A DNA stretch of 64,000 nucleotides from Candidatus Latescibacterota bacterium (lineage in GTDB: Bacteria; Latescibacterota; UBA2968; UBA8231). Numbering within the stretch: the stretch's first letter is position 1; the number at the start of each line of letters is the position of its first letter. Below are positions 11,101 through 20,277 of the stretch, piece after piece. The notes beneath the pieces were generated by a model. It saw nothing but the letters and a program-made list of their open reading frames with translations. It did not search any database and was not told the origin of the DNA. The position numbers and the translations under genes were made by a program. The stretch lies in the NCBI GenBank assembly GCA_964291625.2, contig OZ220089.1, positions 3,872,001 through 3,936,000 on the forward strand, in the 5' to 3' direction.

Positions 11101-11845
11101 TCCTGGATGGCGCCGGAGTCGAAATCCTGCGCCGTAACACCGTCGACGCAATTCGGGAGTACTACTCCCCCCGGGTTACAGATGGAATCGCGCTGGACCC
11201 CGTTGGAGGCAAGATGTACTGGGCGGCCAGGCATTTTGTCGAACACGACACGTGGACCGAGGCATCGAACACGACACGTGGACCGATGAATTCGAAGTAC
11301 AGCGTGCCGTCCTTCACCGCTCCAACCTGGACGGTTCCAGCATCGAGGGTCTCCACATCCAGATGGGAAGCTCAGATGTCATCGCTCTGGATCCCGTTGG
11401 AAGCAAGTTGTACTGGTCGCGTGGGAGTTCGATCCATCGCTCCGGCCTGGACGGCGACAACCAGGAGACACTGGTCACGGGACTGGGCCGGGTAGGGAGC
11501 ATCGCCCTGGATGTTTCCCGACCCGACACCATGGTCGCGACTTCCCCCACCGAGTCCGGTCTGCCGGCCCTCAGCGGACTGGCGCCCAATTACCCCAATC
11601 CCTTCAACGCCGGCACCTGGCTCGTCTACCGTCTGGCCGATCCGGGACCAGTGCGGCTGGAGGTCTACAACGTTCTGGGTCAGCGGGTTCGGACGCTGGT
11701 TGACGAGGTCCGGAATGCCGGCTCCTACCAGGTCCACTGGGACGCGAGAGATCAGGGGGGCACCCCGGCCGCGGCCGGGGTCTATGTGACCCGCCTGCAG
11801 TACCCCGGCGGGGAGCAGACGCGCCGGCTGCTTCTGCTCAAGTGA
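8106..11845 (+). pseudogene. Secreted LRR + YWTD (LDL-receptor class B) repeat protein with FlgD-Ig C-terminal domain, frameshifted near 11265
   Basis: Signal peptide, about 17-18 plant-type 24-aa LRRs (LxLxxNxLxGxIPxELGxL), then many IYWTD/KMYW..RADLDG repeats. The last repeats and the NYPNPFN..WD..YV..LLLK tail are in another frame (ORF 11252-11845) after a 26-bp duplication. Confidence 0.8.
11239..11286 (+). repeat. Tandem duplication (22-bp exact unit, 26-bp period)
   Basis: tcgaacacgacacgtggaccga at 11239-11260 and 11265-11286, separated by ggca. Confidence 0.95.
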
Positions 11846-11875
11846 TTGGGTCCATACCCCTCTGAAGGAGGACCC

Positions 11876-14242
11876 ATGTCCGAGCCTGTGACCTCCGACC
11901 GCGCCGTCACCGTCATCGTCTACACCCGGTACGAGTACCGGAAGGTCCACGCCCGGGTGCACCTGCTCGGCGAGACCCACCTCGCCGCCGGCGGGCGGGT
12001 GGAGCTGGTCCTCTTCAGCCAGCGGTCCCGGGAGGACCGCCAGCGCCGGGTCATCCGGGGGATCGGGCGGGAGGAGGTCTGCTTCGACACCAGCGAGATC
12101 CCCTCGGGCTGCTGTGACTTCCGCGCCACCTTCATCAGCCGCGAGGGGGTCCGCTTCGACACGCGGACGCTGCTGGACAAGTGGCCGGGGCCGTTCCCGT
12201 GGCTGGGCTCGCGGGCCGGGATCACCCGCAAGGTGCGGGCGCCCTGGACGCCGCTGGAAACATCCGCAACCTCAAGGGGTCTGACCGTCGACTGCTGGGG
12301 GCGGACCCACACCTTCACCAAGACCGCCTTCGCCTCGCAGATCACCTCCGCCGGCCGCCGGCTCCTCGCCGCGCCGCTGCGCCCAACCGCCACCGTGAAC
12401 GGCCGGGAAGTCCGCTGGACCCGCGGCCAGATCGCGCCGGTCGCCGCCGGGAACGACCGGGTGGTCTTCGACCGGCGCCTGGAATCGCCCTCCGGCCTGG
12501 TGCTCACGGCCCGCACCGAGATCGACTTCGACGGCATGGTCCGCGTCGACTGGTCGGTCACCTCCAAGGCGGTGGTGCGCCTGGACGCGCTCTCCGTGGA
12601 GATGGCCTTGCCCGAAGATCAGGCCCGCTACCTCTACCACTTCCCCGGGAGCTGGGGCGAGGCCCGAAACGTGGGGGCCCTGCCGGAGAAGGACCTCCGC
12701 CTCGGGTTCCGGCCCTACGTCTGGCTGGGCGACGAGGAGCGCGGGATCTCCTGGTTCGCCGAGTCCGACGCCGGGTTCCACCTTGCCGACCCCGGGGGCG
12801 TCACCGAGATCCTGCGCCGCGAGGACCGGGTGGTGCTGCGGATCAACCACGTCACCACGCCGGTCAAGCTCGTCCCCGGGGCCGCCTCCGGGGGCGGGTT
12901 CACCGGCTTCGGCACCGAGGACCTGGAGCCGCTCGCGCCGGGCGGCGTGGTCACCGAGCGGCTGAGCTACACCTTCGGCTTCCAGGCCACGCCCGTGAAG
13001 GAGATCCGCGAGGACGCCTGGGACCACCGCATCCTGTGCATCAACCAGTCGAGCACCACGGGCCGGCTGGAGGTCCCCGAGGCGCTGCTGGACAAGTGCG
13101 TAGAGTCCGGCGTGCGGGCGGTGGTCCTCTTCGAGCACTGGTCCGACGCCGAGGGCTACACCAGCACCCCCCACGGCGCCGAGGTCCGCAAGTTCGTCGC
13201 GGACTGCAAGGAGCGGGGCCTGCAGGTCCTGCTCTACTTCGGCTTCCTCATCTCCGACATCATCTCCGAGTGGCAGGCCGTGGGCAAGGACGCCCTCATC
13301 CTGCCCAAGGGAGGCTATCCCGTCTTCCACTACCAGCCCCAGCCCGAGCAGTCGGCGTGGCGGGTCTGCCTCAACAGCGCTTGGCAGGACCTGCTGGTGG
13401 ACGGCATGGCCCGCATCATGGACGACTTCGGCATCGACGGCGTCTACCTCGACGGCACCGAGTACCCCTTCGGCTGCTGCAACACCGAGCACGGCTGCGG
13501 CCACGTGCGGCCCGACGGCAGCATCGCGCCGAGCTATCCGATCTTCGCGGTGCGCTCCGCCATGCGCCGCATCCACGAGGTCGTGAGGTCGCGCCGGCGC
13601 AAGGGACACGTGAACGTCCACAACTCGACCTGCATGACCATGCCCACCCTCGGCTGGGCGACCAGCTACTGGGACGGCGAGCAGTTCCAGGGCGTCGGCC
13701 GCGGCGTCGACGTGGCCGAGCTGCTGCCCCTCGACGCCTTCCGCGCCGAGTTCATGGGCCGCCAGTGGGGGGTGCCGGCCGAGTTCCTCCACGCCGGCGC
13801 CGCCTACACCTACGAGCAGGCCTGGGCCTTCACCCTCCTCCACGACGTCCCCGTGCGCCCCCACTACCCCGACGACAAGCTCGACCTGGCGGCCTCCATC
13901 TGGCGCGTCATGGACACATTCGGACGCAAGAAGGCGGAATGGCTCCCCTACTGGAACAACGGAAATGTGGTGAGCGTCTCCCCCGCCAACGCCCACGTCA
14001 GCCTCTACCGCCACCCGCGCAACGGGGTCCTCGCCGTGGTCTCCAACATGGACGGCGAGGAGCGCACGGTCACCGTGGAGCTCGACCTCGCGCGGCTGGG
14101 GCTGACGCCGGAGGCCGAGGCTGTCGACGCTCTCGGGGACGAGGCCATTCCGATGCGGAACGGCGCCATGAGTCTGACACTTCCCACGCTCGGATGGAAG
14201 CTCATCCGCGTGCGGGCCATCCGGAAGCGAGGCGAGCGATGA
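11876..14242 (+). CDS. Putative glycoside hydrolase-like TIM-barrel protein (DUF6067-like)
   Basis: RBS aaggagga. PWTPL..VDCWGR, EIDFDG, WLGDEERG, DGVYLDG, WDGEQ, LLHDV and WLPYW are typical of this uncharacterised GH-like family. Confidence 0.6.
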   Translation: MSEPVTSDRAVTVIVYTRYEYRKVHARVHLLGETHLAAGGRVELVLFSQRSREDRQRRVIRGIGREEVCFDTSEIPSGCCDFRATFISREGVRFDTRTLLDKWPGPFPWLGSRAGITRKVRAPWTPLETSATSRGLTVDCWGRTHTFTKTAFASQITSAGRRLLAAPLRPTATVNGREVRWTRGQIAPVAAGNDRVVFDRRLESPSGLVLTARTEIDFDGMVRVDWSVTSKAVVRLDALSVEMALPEDQARYLYHFPGSWGEARNVGALPEKDLRLGFRPYVWLGDEERGISWFAESDAGFHLADPGGVTEILRREDRVVLRINHVTTPVKLVPGAASGGGFTGFGTEDLEPLAPGGVVTERLSYTFGFQATPVKEIREDAWDHRILCINQSSTTGRLEVPEALLDKCVESGVRAVVLFEHWSDAEGYTSTPHGAEVRKFVADCKERGLQVLLYFGFLISDIISEWQAVGKDALILPKGGYPVFHYQPQPEQSAWRVCLNSAWQDLLVDGMARIMDDFGIDGVYLDGTEYPFGCCNTEHGCGHVRPDGSIAPSYPIFAVRSAMRRIHEVVRSRRRKGHVNVHNSTCMTMPTLGWATSYWDGEQFQGVGRGVDVAELLPLDAFRAEFMGRQWGVPAEFLHAGAAYTYEQAWAFTLLHDVPVRPHYPDDKLDLAASIWRVMDTFGRKKAEWLPYWNNGNVVSVSPANAHVSLYRHPRNGVLAVVSNMDGEERTVTVELDLARLGLTPEAEAVDALGDEAIPMRNGAMSLTLPTLGWKLIRVRAIRKRGER

Positions 14243-15006
14243 CCATCCTCGAGGCGCTGGAGAGCCTGGGCGTTCACGACGGCGTGCTGAGCGCGGAGGA
14301 GCGGGAGTTCCTCGACGAGCAGGGCTACCTGCCGCTGCCCGGAGTCCTGACGGCCGCGGAGGCGGCGGCCTGGCGCCGGCGGCTCGAGGAGCTGGCCGAG
14401 GCCGAAGGGGAGCGCGCCGGCCTGGAGGTTCACCAGGAGGAAGGGACGGTGCGGCTCTCCAACCTCATCGACAAGGACCCCGTCTTCGAGAAGTGCATCA
14501 CCGAGCCGCGGCTGCTGGCGGTGATCCGCCACGTCCTGGGGCCGCGGTTCCGGCTCTCCTCCCTCAACGCCCGCGCCGCCCTGCCCGGAGAGGGACTGCA
14601 GGGCCTGCACGCCGACTGGGGCGAAGGGGTGGCGGCCGGCGAGTACCGGGTCTGCAACTCGATCTGGCTCCTCACCGACTTCACCGAGGAGAACGGGGCC
14701 ACGCGCGTGGTGCCGGGTTCCCATCGCAGCGGGCGGATACCGCGTGAAGCGATGGAGGACCCCACGGCCGACCACCCCGACCAGGTGCAGCTGCTGGGGC
14801 CGGCCGGCACGGTGGTCGTCTTCAACTCGCACCTGTGGCACGGCGGGACCCTCAACCGCAGCAACTCCCGGCGGGCGGCCCTGCACTGCTACTACTGCCA
14901 CCGGGACGAGAAGCAGCAGACCGACCAGCGCAAGTGGCTGAGCCCGGAAACCGTGCGGCGCCTGTCGCCGGAGGCGAGGGCCGTCGTCGACGTGGAGGAT
15001 CCCTGA
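14239..15006 (+). CDS. Phytanoyl-CoA dioxygenase (PhyH) family protein
   Basis: ATGA overlap with the upstream stop. EFLDEQGYL, LHAD, NGATRVVPGSH and WHGG..NRS..R. Confidence 0.9.
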   Translation: MTILEALESLGVHDGVLSAEEREFLDEQGYLPLPGVLTAAEAAAWRRRLEELAEAEGERAGLEVHQEEGTVRLSNLIDKDPVFEKCITEPRLLAVIRHVLGPRFRLSSLNARAALPGEGLQGLHADWGEGVAAGEYRVCNSIWLLTDFTEENGATRVVPGSHRSGRIPREAMEDPTADHPDQVQLLGPAGTVVVFNSHLWHGGTLNRSNSRRAALHCYYCHRDEKQQTDQRKWLSPETVRRLSPEARAVVDVEDP

Positions 15007-16061
15007 TGGCGCGCAGGAAACGGAACGTGAGGATGGCCGTCATCGGCCTGGGCAATGGGCGGGAGCACGCCCAGGGGTACCACTCCCATGGCCGGGCGGA
15101 TCTCGTCGCCCTCTGCGACCAGGATCCCGGGCGCCTCTCCCGGGTGGCGGCGGAACTTGGGGTGGAGCGTACCTACACCGACACCGAAGAGATGTTCGAG
15201 GCCGAGGCCCTCGACGGGGTCAGCGTCGCCCTGCCCAACCACCTGCACGCGCCGGTGACCATCGCCGCCCTGAAGCGCGGCCTCCACGTGTTGTGCGAGA
15301 AGCCGATGGCGATGACGGTGAAGGAAGGGGAGCGCATGAACGAGGCCGCGCGCCGGGCGCGGCGCAACCTGATGATCAACTTCTCCTTCCGCTTCACCGA
15401 GGCCAGCTACGCTCTCAAGCGGCAGGTCGACGCCGGCGCCGTGGGCGACATCTACTTCGGCCGCAGCGTATGGCACCGCCGCCGCGGCATCCCCGGCCTG
15501 GGCGGCTGGTTCACCGACCGCGAGCGCTCCGGCGGGGGCCCGCTCATCGACATAGGCGTCCACCGCCTCGACCTGGCCCTGTGGCTGATGGGCTACCCCG
15601 AGCCGGTGGCCGTCACCGGATCGACGTACAGCGCCATCGCCCCGGAGATCGCCCGCAAGGCGGGGGAGAGCTACACCGTGGAGGACCTGGCCTGCGGCCT
15701 GGTGAAGTGCGCTGACGGCGCGACCCTGATCCTGGAGGCCAGCTGGGCGCTGAACCAGGGGGAGCGGGAACACATGGAGACCCGCCTCTACGGCGACCGG
15801 GGCGGGCTGGTCCACCGCTCCGGCGACGACTACACCCACGAGGCCGAGATCTACACCGACGAAGGCGGCGACATGTTCACCAAGCGCCTCGACTACCGCA
15901 CCGACCCCACGCCCTCCTCGTACCACGAGTTCGTCGACAGCATCATCGAGCGGCGGAAGCCGCTGGCCACGGGGGAGCAGGGGCTGAAGGTGATGAAGGT
16001 CCTCGAGGGGATCTACCGGAGCGCGGAGACCGGCCGCGAGGTGCGCTTCCGCCGCCGCTGA
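15006..16061 (+). CDS. Gfo/Idh/MocA family NAD(P)-dependent oxidoreductase
   Basis: VIGLG, LPNHLH, HVLCEKPMA and GGGPLIDIGVHRLD. TGATG coupling to the upstream gene. Confidence 0.92.
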   Translation: MARRKRNVRMAVIGLGNGREHAQGYHSHGRADLVALCDQDPGRLSRVAAELGVERTYTDTEEMFEAEALDGVSVALPNHLHAPVTIAALKRGLHVLCEKPMAMTVKEGERMNEAARRARRNLMINFSFRFTEASYALKRQVDAGAVGDIYFGRSVWHRRRGIPGLGGWFTDRERSGGGPLIDIGVHRLDLALWLMGYPEPVAVTGSTYSAIAPEIARKAGESYTVEDLACGLVKCADGATLILEASWALNQGEREHMETRLYGDRGGLVHRSGDDYTHEAEIYTDEGGDMFTKRLDYRTDPTPSSYHEFVDSIIERRKPLATGEQGLKVMKVLEGIYRSAETGREVRFRRR

Positions 16062-16077
16062 CAGGGGAGAGAACGAC

Positions 16078-17235
16078 ATGGTAGAAAGGGAGGCCGACAC
16101 GGGTCGGCAGGATCTGCGCCAGGGACCGATCGGCCCGGACGAGTCGATCAAGGTCACGGCGATCGAGACCTTCGTCCTGCGCAACTCGTGGGTCTTCGTG
16201 AAGATCTCCACCGACGCCGGCATCAGCGGCTGGGGGGAGATGCTCAAGGACGACGCCCGGGCCTGCGCCGCCGGCGCCCACGAGGTCGCCGACTATCTCG
16301 TGGGCCAGGACCCGCGGCCCGTGGCCCATCACTGGCAGGCGATCCACCGGGGCGCCTTCTACCGCGGCGGCCCGATCAAGACGGCGATCCTCTCCGGGAT
16401 CGACCAGGCCCTGTGGGACATCACCGGCAAGTGCTTCGGCGTTCCCGTCTACCGCCTGCTCGGCGGACCCACCCGCGACCGCGTGCGCGTCTACGGCACG
16501 ATCAGCGACGAGACGGGCGTCACGGCGATGAAGACGGGACCCCGGGTCGACTCACGCCAGCCTCACAAGTACGTGGAGGGCCCGCGCGCCATCGAGGCCG
16601 CCGTCGAGCACCTCCGGGCCCTGCGCGACGAGCACGGCGACGGCGTCGACATCGGCGTCGATTTCCACGGCGCCGTGCAGCCGCCCACGGCGCTGCTCCT
16701 GATGAAGGCCCTGGAGCCCTTCAACCCGTGGTTCTTCGAGGAGATCGTGCAGGCCCTCAACGTCGACGTCATGGCCGAGCTGGCGCGCCAGACCCACGTG
16801 CCGATCGCCACCGGCGAGCGGATCTTCACCAAGTGGGGCTTCCGCGACGTGCTCGAGAAACGCGCGGCGACCATCGTCCAGCCCGACGTCTGCTACGCCG
16901 GCGGCATCACCGAGCTGCGCCTCATCGCCGGCATGGCCGAGTCGTACTACACGCCCCTGGCGCCCCACAACCCCCAGGGCCCGTGCTCCCTGGCGGCGAG
17001 CCTGCAGATCGCCGCCTGCATCCCCAACTTCCTCGCCCAGGAGGGCGGCGACCACGAGTACCTCGACCTGCTCGCCGAACCCCTGCCTCCGGTCGTCGGG
17101 GGCTACCGCCTGCTGCCCACCGGCCCCGGCCTCGGCATCACCATCGACGAGGACAAGCTCCGGGCCCAGGTCGGCGAGCCCGGCCCCTACCGCGTGGAGT
17201 ACGACGCCGACGACGGGTCGGTGGTCGACTGGTAG
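16078..17235 (+). CDS. Mandelate racemase/enolase-superfamily acid-sugar dehydratase (galactonate dehydratase-like)
   Basis: GIDQALWDITGK, VDFHG, FFEE, ATGER, QPD and APHNPQGP. Confidence 0.85.
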   Translation: MVEREADTGRQDLRQGPIGPDESIKVTAIETFVLRNSWVFVKISTDAGISGWGEMLKDDARACAAGAHEVADYLVGQDPRPVAHHWQAIHRGAFYRGGPIKTAILSGIDQALWDITGKCFGVPVYRLLGGPTRDRVRVYGTISDETGVTAMKTGPRVDSRQPHKYVEGPRAIEAAVEHLRALRDEHGDGVDIGVDFHGAVQPPTALLLMKALEPFNPWFFEEIVQALNVDVMAELARQTHVPIATGERIFTKWGFRDVLEKRAATIVQPDVCYAGGITELRLIAGMAESYYTPLAPHNPQGPCSLAASLQIAACIPNFLAQEGGDHEYLDLLAEPLPPVVGGYRLLPTGPGLGITIDEDKLRAQVGEPGPYRVEYDADDGSVVDW

Positions 17236-17281
17236 GGGTGAAGCCCCGAGGCCGCGGCAGAGTCCGCTGAGGAGGGGAAGA

Positions 17282-18856
17282 GTGTCGTCCTGTCTGGTCG
17301 CGAGGCGAGAGATAGCGGGCACCCTCAGTTCGCCCCGGTTCTGGGTTCTTGCAGCCGTCGCCCTCCTTGCCACCCTGGCTGTCTCACGCCTGTCAAGTCA
17401 GACCTACCTCCATCAGGAGTCGGAGCTGAGACGGGGCCTGCGCGAGCATCGGCAGGCGGTCAATAATCTGCGGACGCACGCGGAGGCGTGGCTGAGATCT
17501 GCCCACCTGCCGTCGATCCTGGCGGTATACGAGGCGCGGGCGCTGGATCTGATGCCGTCAACCATCGACGTACGACTGGGGCGGGTGCCGTCGATTGCGT
17601 CCTCGGGGGCGGAAGTGGAGTTCACGAGAGCTTTCTCCAGTGCATTCTTCGTATCGGGCAACTACCGTCTGACCGCAGGACAGACCAGCCTGGGGGACAG
17701 GATCCTCTCTGGCGCATTGAGTCGGATCTCGGTTGGTGAGCTGTTGGGAATCCTCTTCAGTCTGTTGGGCATCGTCTCCTCCTTTGACGCCATCGCAGGC
17801 GAGAGAGAGAGAGGGACGTTGAGACTGTGCTTCTGCGGTCCACTTAGCCGTGCTTCCTTCATCTGGGGGAAGTTCCTGGGATGCGCCGCGATCGCCGTCC
17901 TGCCCGCCATCGCCTGTCAGGTTCTCTTTCTGGCGGTCCTGATTTGGACCTTTGGAGGCCGGATCACCAATGAGGTCTGGGGAATCGCGGCGCTGACAGG
18001 GCTTCTGGTCGTGCAGGTCCTGACCTATGTGGCCATGGGACTGGGCATATCCCTGGGCAGCCGCGATTCCGGTTCCGCTCTCGTGAGGGCCCTTGGCTTG
18101 TGGGTGTTGGCGGCGGTGGTGGCGCCAACCGGGGTGCATCATCTGATGCAGTTGGCCTATCCCTCGGCGGATGAGACCGACCTTGACCTGAAGCGGTCCG
18201 ACATTCTCAGGAACCACGGTAAGGCGACGTATGAGATCATCATGAGCAACATGCCGGAAGACTACTTCATGGTCATTGGCGAAGGAAGCTACCAGACGGC
18301 GAGCCTTCGGTTCGTCACGGCTACACGGGAAGTCGTTGACGGCGTGTCAAAGGCACTTGAGGAGATAGGGCCCCTGGCCATCGAGCGCGCGGAAAACATC
18401 TACCGGGCCGAAAGGGAGTTCGAGGGGCAGCTTGAGCAATGGTGGCGTGCCAAGGAGGTACTGGGCAGCCTGTCGCCTTCCGTGGCGGCCAGGACCGCGG
18501 CCCTGGCCATCTGTGGCGTTGACGTCTGGTCGTTTTCCAGATGGATGCAAGGGGCGCGCAGAGACCGGGATACCATGACCCGGGCACTCGCTGCCAGGTT
18601 TGGCGACCTCGACTACTTCAGCGGAATAGGCAGGGGCGCCGAGATCCTCGAGGACCGCGCCCCCTATGGTCGGTTGCCCACATGGTCTGATGTGAGTGTC
18701 ATTCGTCCTTCCTATGCGCTGGTCCATGAGCCGTTTTCCGAGTCTCTCGGTGAACGGCTTGAGGGATCCGGACGGACTCTTCTGACCCCCATCCTCAATA
18801 TGCTGCTGTGGTCGCTGTGGATGCTCCTCAGGGGGAGGAGGATGCGGGTTGAGTGA
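17282..18856 (+). CDS. ABC-2 type transporter permease subunit with large extracytoplasmic loops
   Basis: ARREI start, FDAIAGERERGTLRL and GKFLG, with several TM helices. Confidence 0.8.
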   Translation: MSSCLVARREIAGTLSSPRFWVLAAVALLATLAVSRLSSQTYLHQESELRRGLREHRQAVNNLRTHAEAWLRSAHLPSILAVYEARALDLMPSTIDVRLGRVPSIASSGAEVEFTRAFSSAFFVSGNYRLTAGQTSLGDRILSGALSRISVGELLGILFSLLGIVSSFDAIAGERERGTLRLCFCGPLSRASFIWGKFLGCAAIAVLPAIACQVLFLAVLIWTFGGRITNEVWGIAALTGLLVVQVLTYVAMGLGISLGSRDSGSALVRALGLWVLAAVVAPTGVHHLMQLAYPSADETDLDLKRSDILRNHGKATYEIIMSNMPEDYFMVIGEGSYQTASLRFVTATREVVDGVSKALEEIGPLAIERAENIYRAEREFEGQLEQWWRAKEVLGSLSPSVAARTAALAICGVDVWSFSRWMQGARRDRDTMTRALAARFGDLDYFSGIGRGAEILEDRAPYGRLPTWSDVSVIRPSYALVHEPFSESLGERLEGSGRTLLTPILNMLLWSLWMLLRGRRMRVE

Positions 18857-20198
18857 CAGGAGAGATGGAGCGGCGGCCGGGACATGGCTGATCGCCGCCC
18901 ACGAGATGAACGAGCTCTTCAGGACCTTTCGCTTCCATGCCTGCGCCCTGCTGGTCGTCCTGAGCTTCCTTGCTTCGGGCGTGCTGTTCCTGGCAAGGTA
19001 CTCCTCACTCACGGCGGACTACGAGGAGCAAGAGCGACGCAACGAGAGGCGGCGGACCAGGAACGTGGAGACCTCCCGGGCGCACTCGATCTCTTTCACT
19101 CACATGTGGCCTCCTTCGATCGGGATGCTGTTTGCCGACGGGGAACGCGATGCGCTTCCCAACAAGGTGACCGCCAATGCAAGCCGCATGGTCGCCTTCA
19201 AACGTCTCCTGGGGAATGAGGAACTGCTTCGCTCCGGCACCCTGGTCGACTGGGCGTTGGTGTTGGGCCTCATTGTGAGTTTCTCGGCAGGAGCTCTCTC
19301 TTTCGACACGATATCGCGGGAGAAACGACGGGGGACACTTGCCCTGATGCTGGCGAGCGGGACCCCGCGCAGCGCCATCTTCCTGGGCAAGTACCTGGGT
19401 CTGACCTTGCTCACGGCGATCCCGATACTCCTTGGAGGAGCTCTGTCCCTATATATCGTCGTGAGCAGCGAGCTGGTGGAAATGACCCCGAGCCTGGCAG
19501 GTCTGGCCGGGTTGGTGTTGCTCATGGGCTGGCTCCATACCTCTCTCTTCGTCCTGCTTGGCGTGGGATCGTCGGCCCTGGCATCGAGTGGAACATCAAG
19601 CGCCATTGCTTTCCTCAATGTGTGGCTGATACTCGCTGTAGTCCTGCCGAACTGTGGTGCGTATCTGTACCAGGCACCCGAGCGAAGGTGGGCGGACCTG
19701 GTGGATCAGGCCCGGCAAGAGGTGGTGCAGGTCAGAGCAGCGGCGAAGGCCGACGGCACAGAGTACAACCGCCGGCTGGAGATGACCGATGAGATCCTCC
19801 ACGAGGCGCTCATGGAGCACCTTCGGAGGCTGTTGCGGGGCGTGGAGAGAGTCAGGCATCTCATGTCGATCTCTCCAAGATCGGCGTTGCAGACCGGCCT
19901 CGAGGCCGTGAGCGGGACAGGAGTGGCCGGGTGGATGGGCTTTGTGATGGATGTGGACCGGCATCGGCAGACCCTTCGGGATCACTTCGATCGAGTGGAC
20001 GCGGCGCCGCGGAGTACCACGGATCGGGGGTACTCCATGCGGGATGTCCCGCGGTTCTCCAGGTCGGAGGACAGCACCGTGTCGAGGGTTTCATCAGCCG
20101 CGGTCCCACTGCTGCTGCTCGTGATCGAGAACGTAGCGCTCTTCCTGGGTGGGTACCTGGTCTTCGTCAGGATGGAAGTCGCTCCGCTGGCGGAGTGA
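18849..20198 (+). CDS. ABC-2 type transporter permease subunit
   Basis: FDTISREKRRGTLALML, FLGKYLG, TM helices and a terminal FVRME. Confidence 0.82.
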   Translation: MSDRRDGAAAGTWLIAAHEMNELFRTFRFHACALLVVLSFLASGVLFLARYSSLTADYEEQERRNERRRTRNVETSRAHSISFTHMWPPSIGMLFADGERDALPNKVTANASRMVAFKRLLGNEELLRSGTLVDWALVLGLIVSFSAGALSFDTISREKRRGTLALMLASGTPRSAIFLGKYLGLTLLTAIPILLGGALSLYIVVSSELVEMTPSLAGLAGLVLLMGWLHTSLFVLLGVGSSALASSGTSSAIAFLNVWLILAVVLPNCGAYLYQAPERRWADLVDQARQEVVQVRAAAKADGTEYNRRLEMTDEILHEALMEHLRRLLRGVERVRHLMSISPRSALQTGLEAVSGTGVAGWMGFVMDVDRHRQTLRDHFDRVDAAPRSTTDRGYSMRDVPRFSRSEDSTVSRVSSAAVPLLLLVIENVALFLGGYLVFVRMEVAPLAE

Positions 20199-20277
20199 CG
20201 GGCGGCCCTGATCGCTCCAGTTGGCCTTGCTGGTGTGCAGGGGACTGCCAGCTGGCTCAGCCTCACTTCCAGGGCCG

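Noticed and set aside
11239-11286. CRISPR-like repeat
   Set aside because: Only two units with a 4-nt spacer, inside a CDS, and no cas genes.
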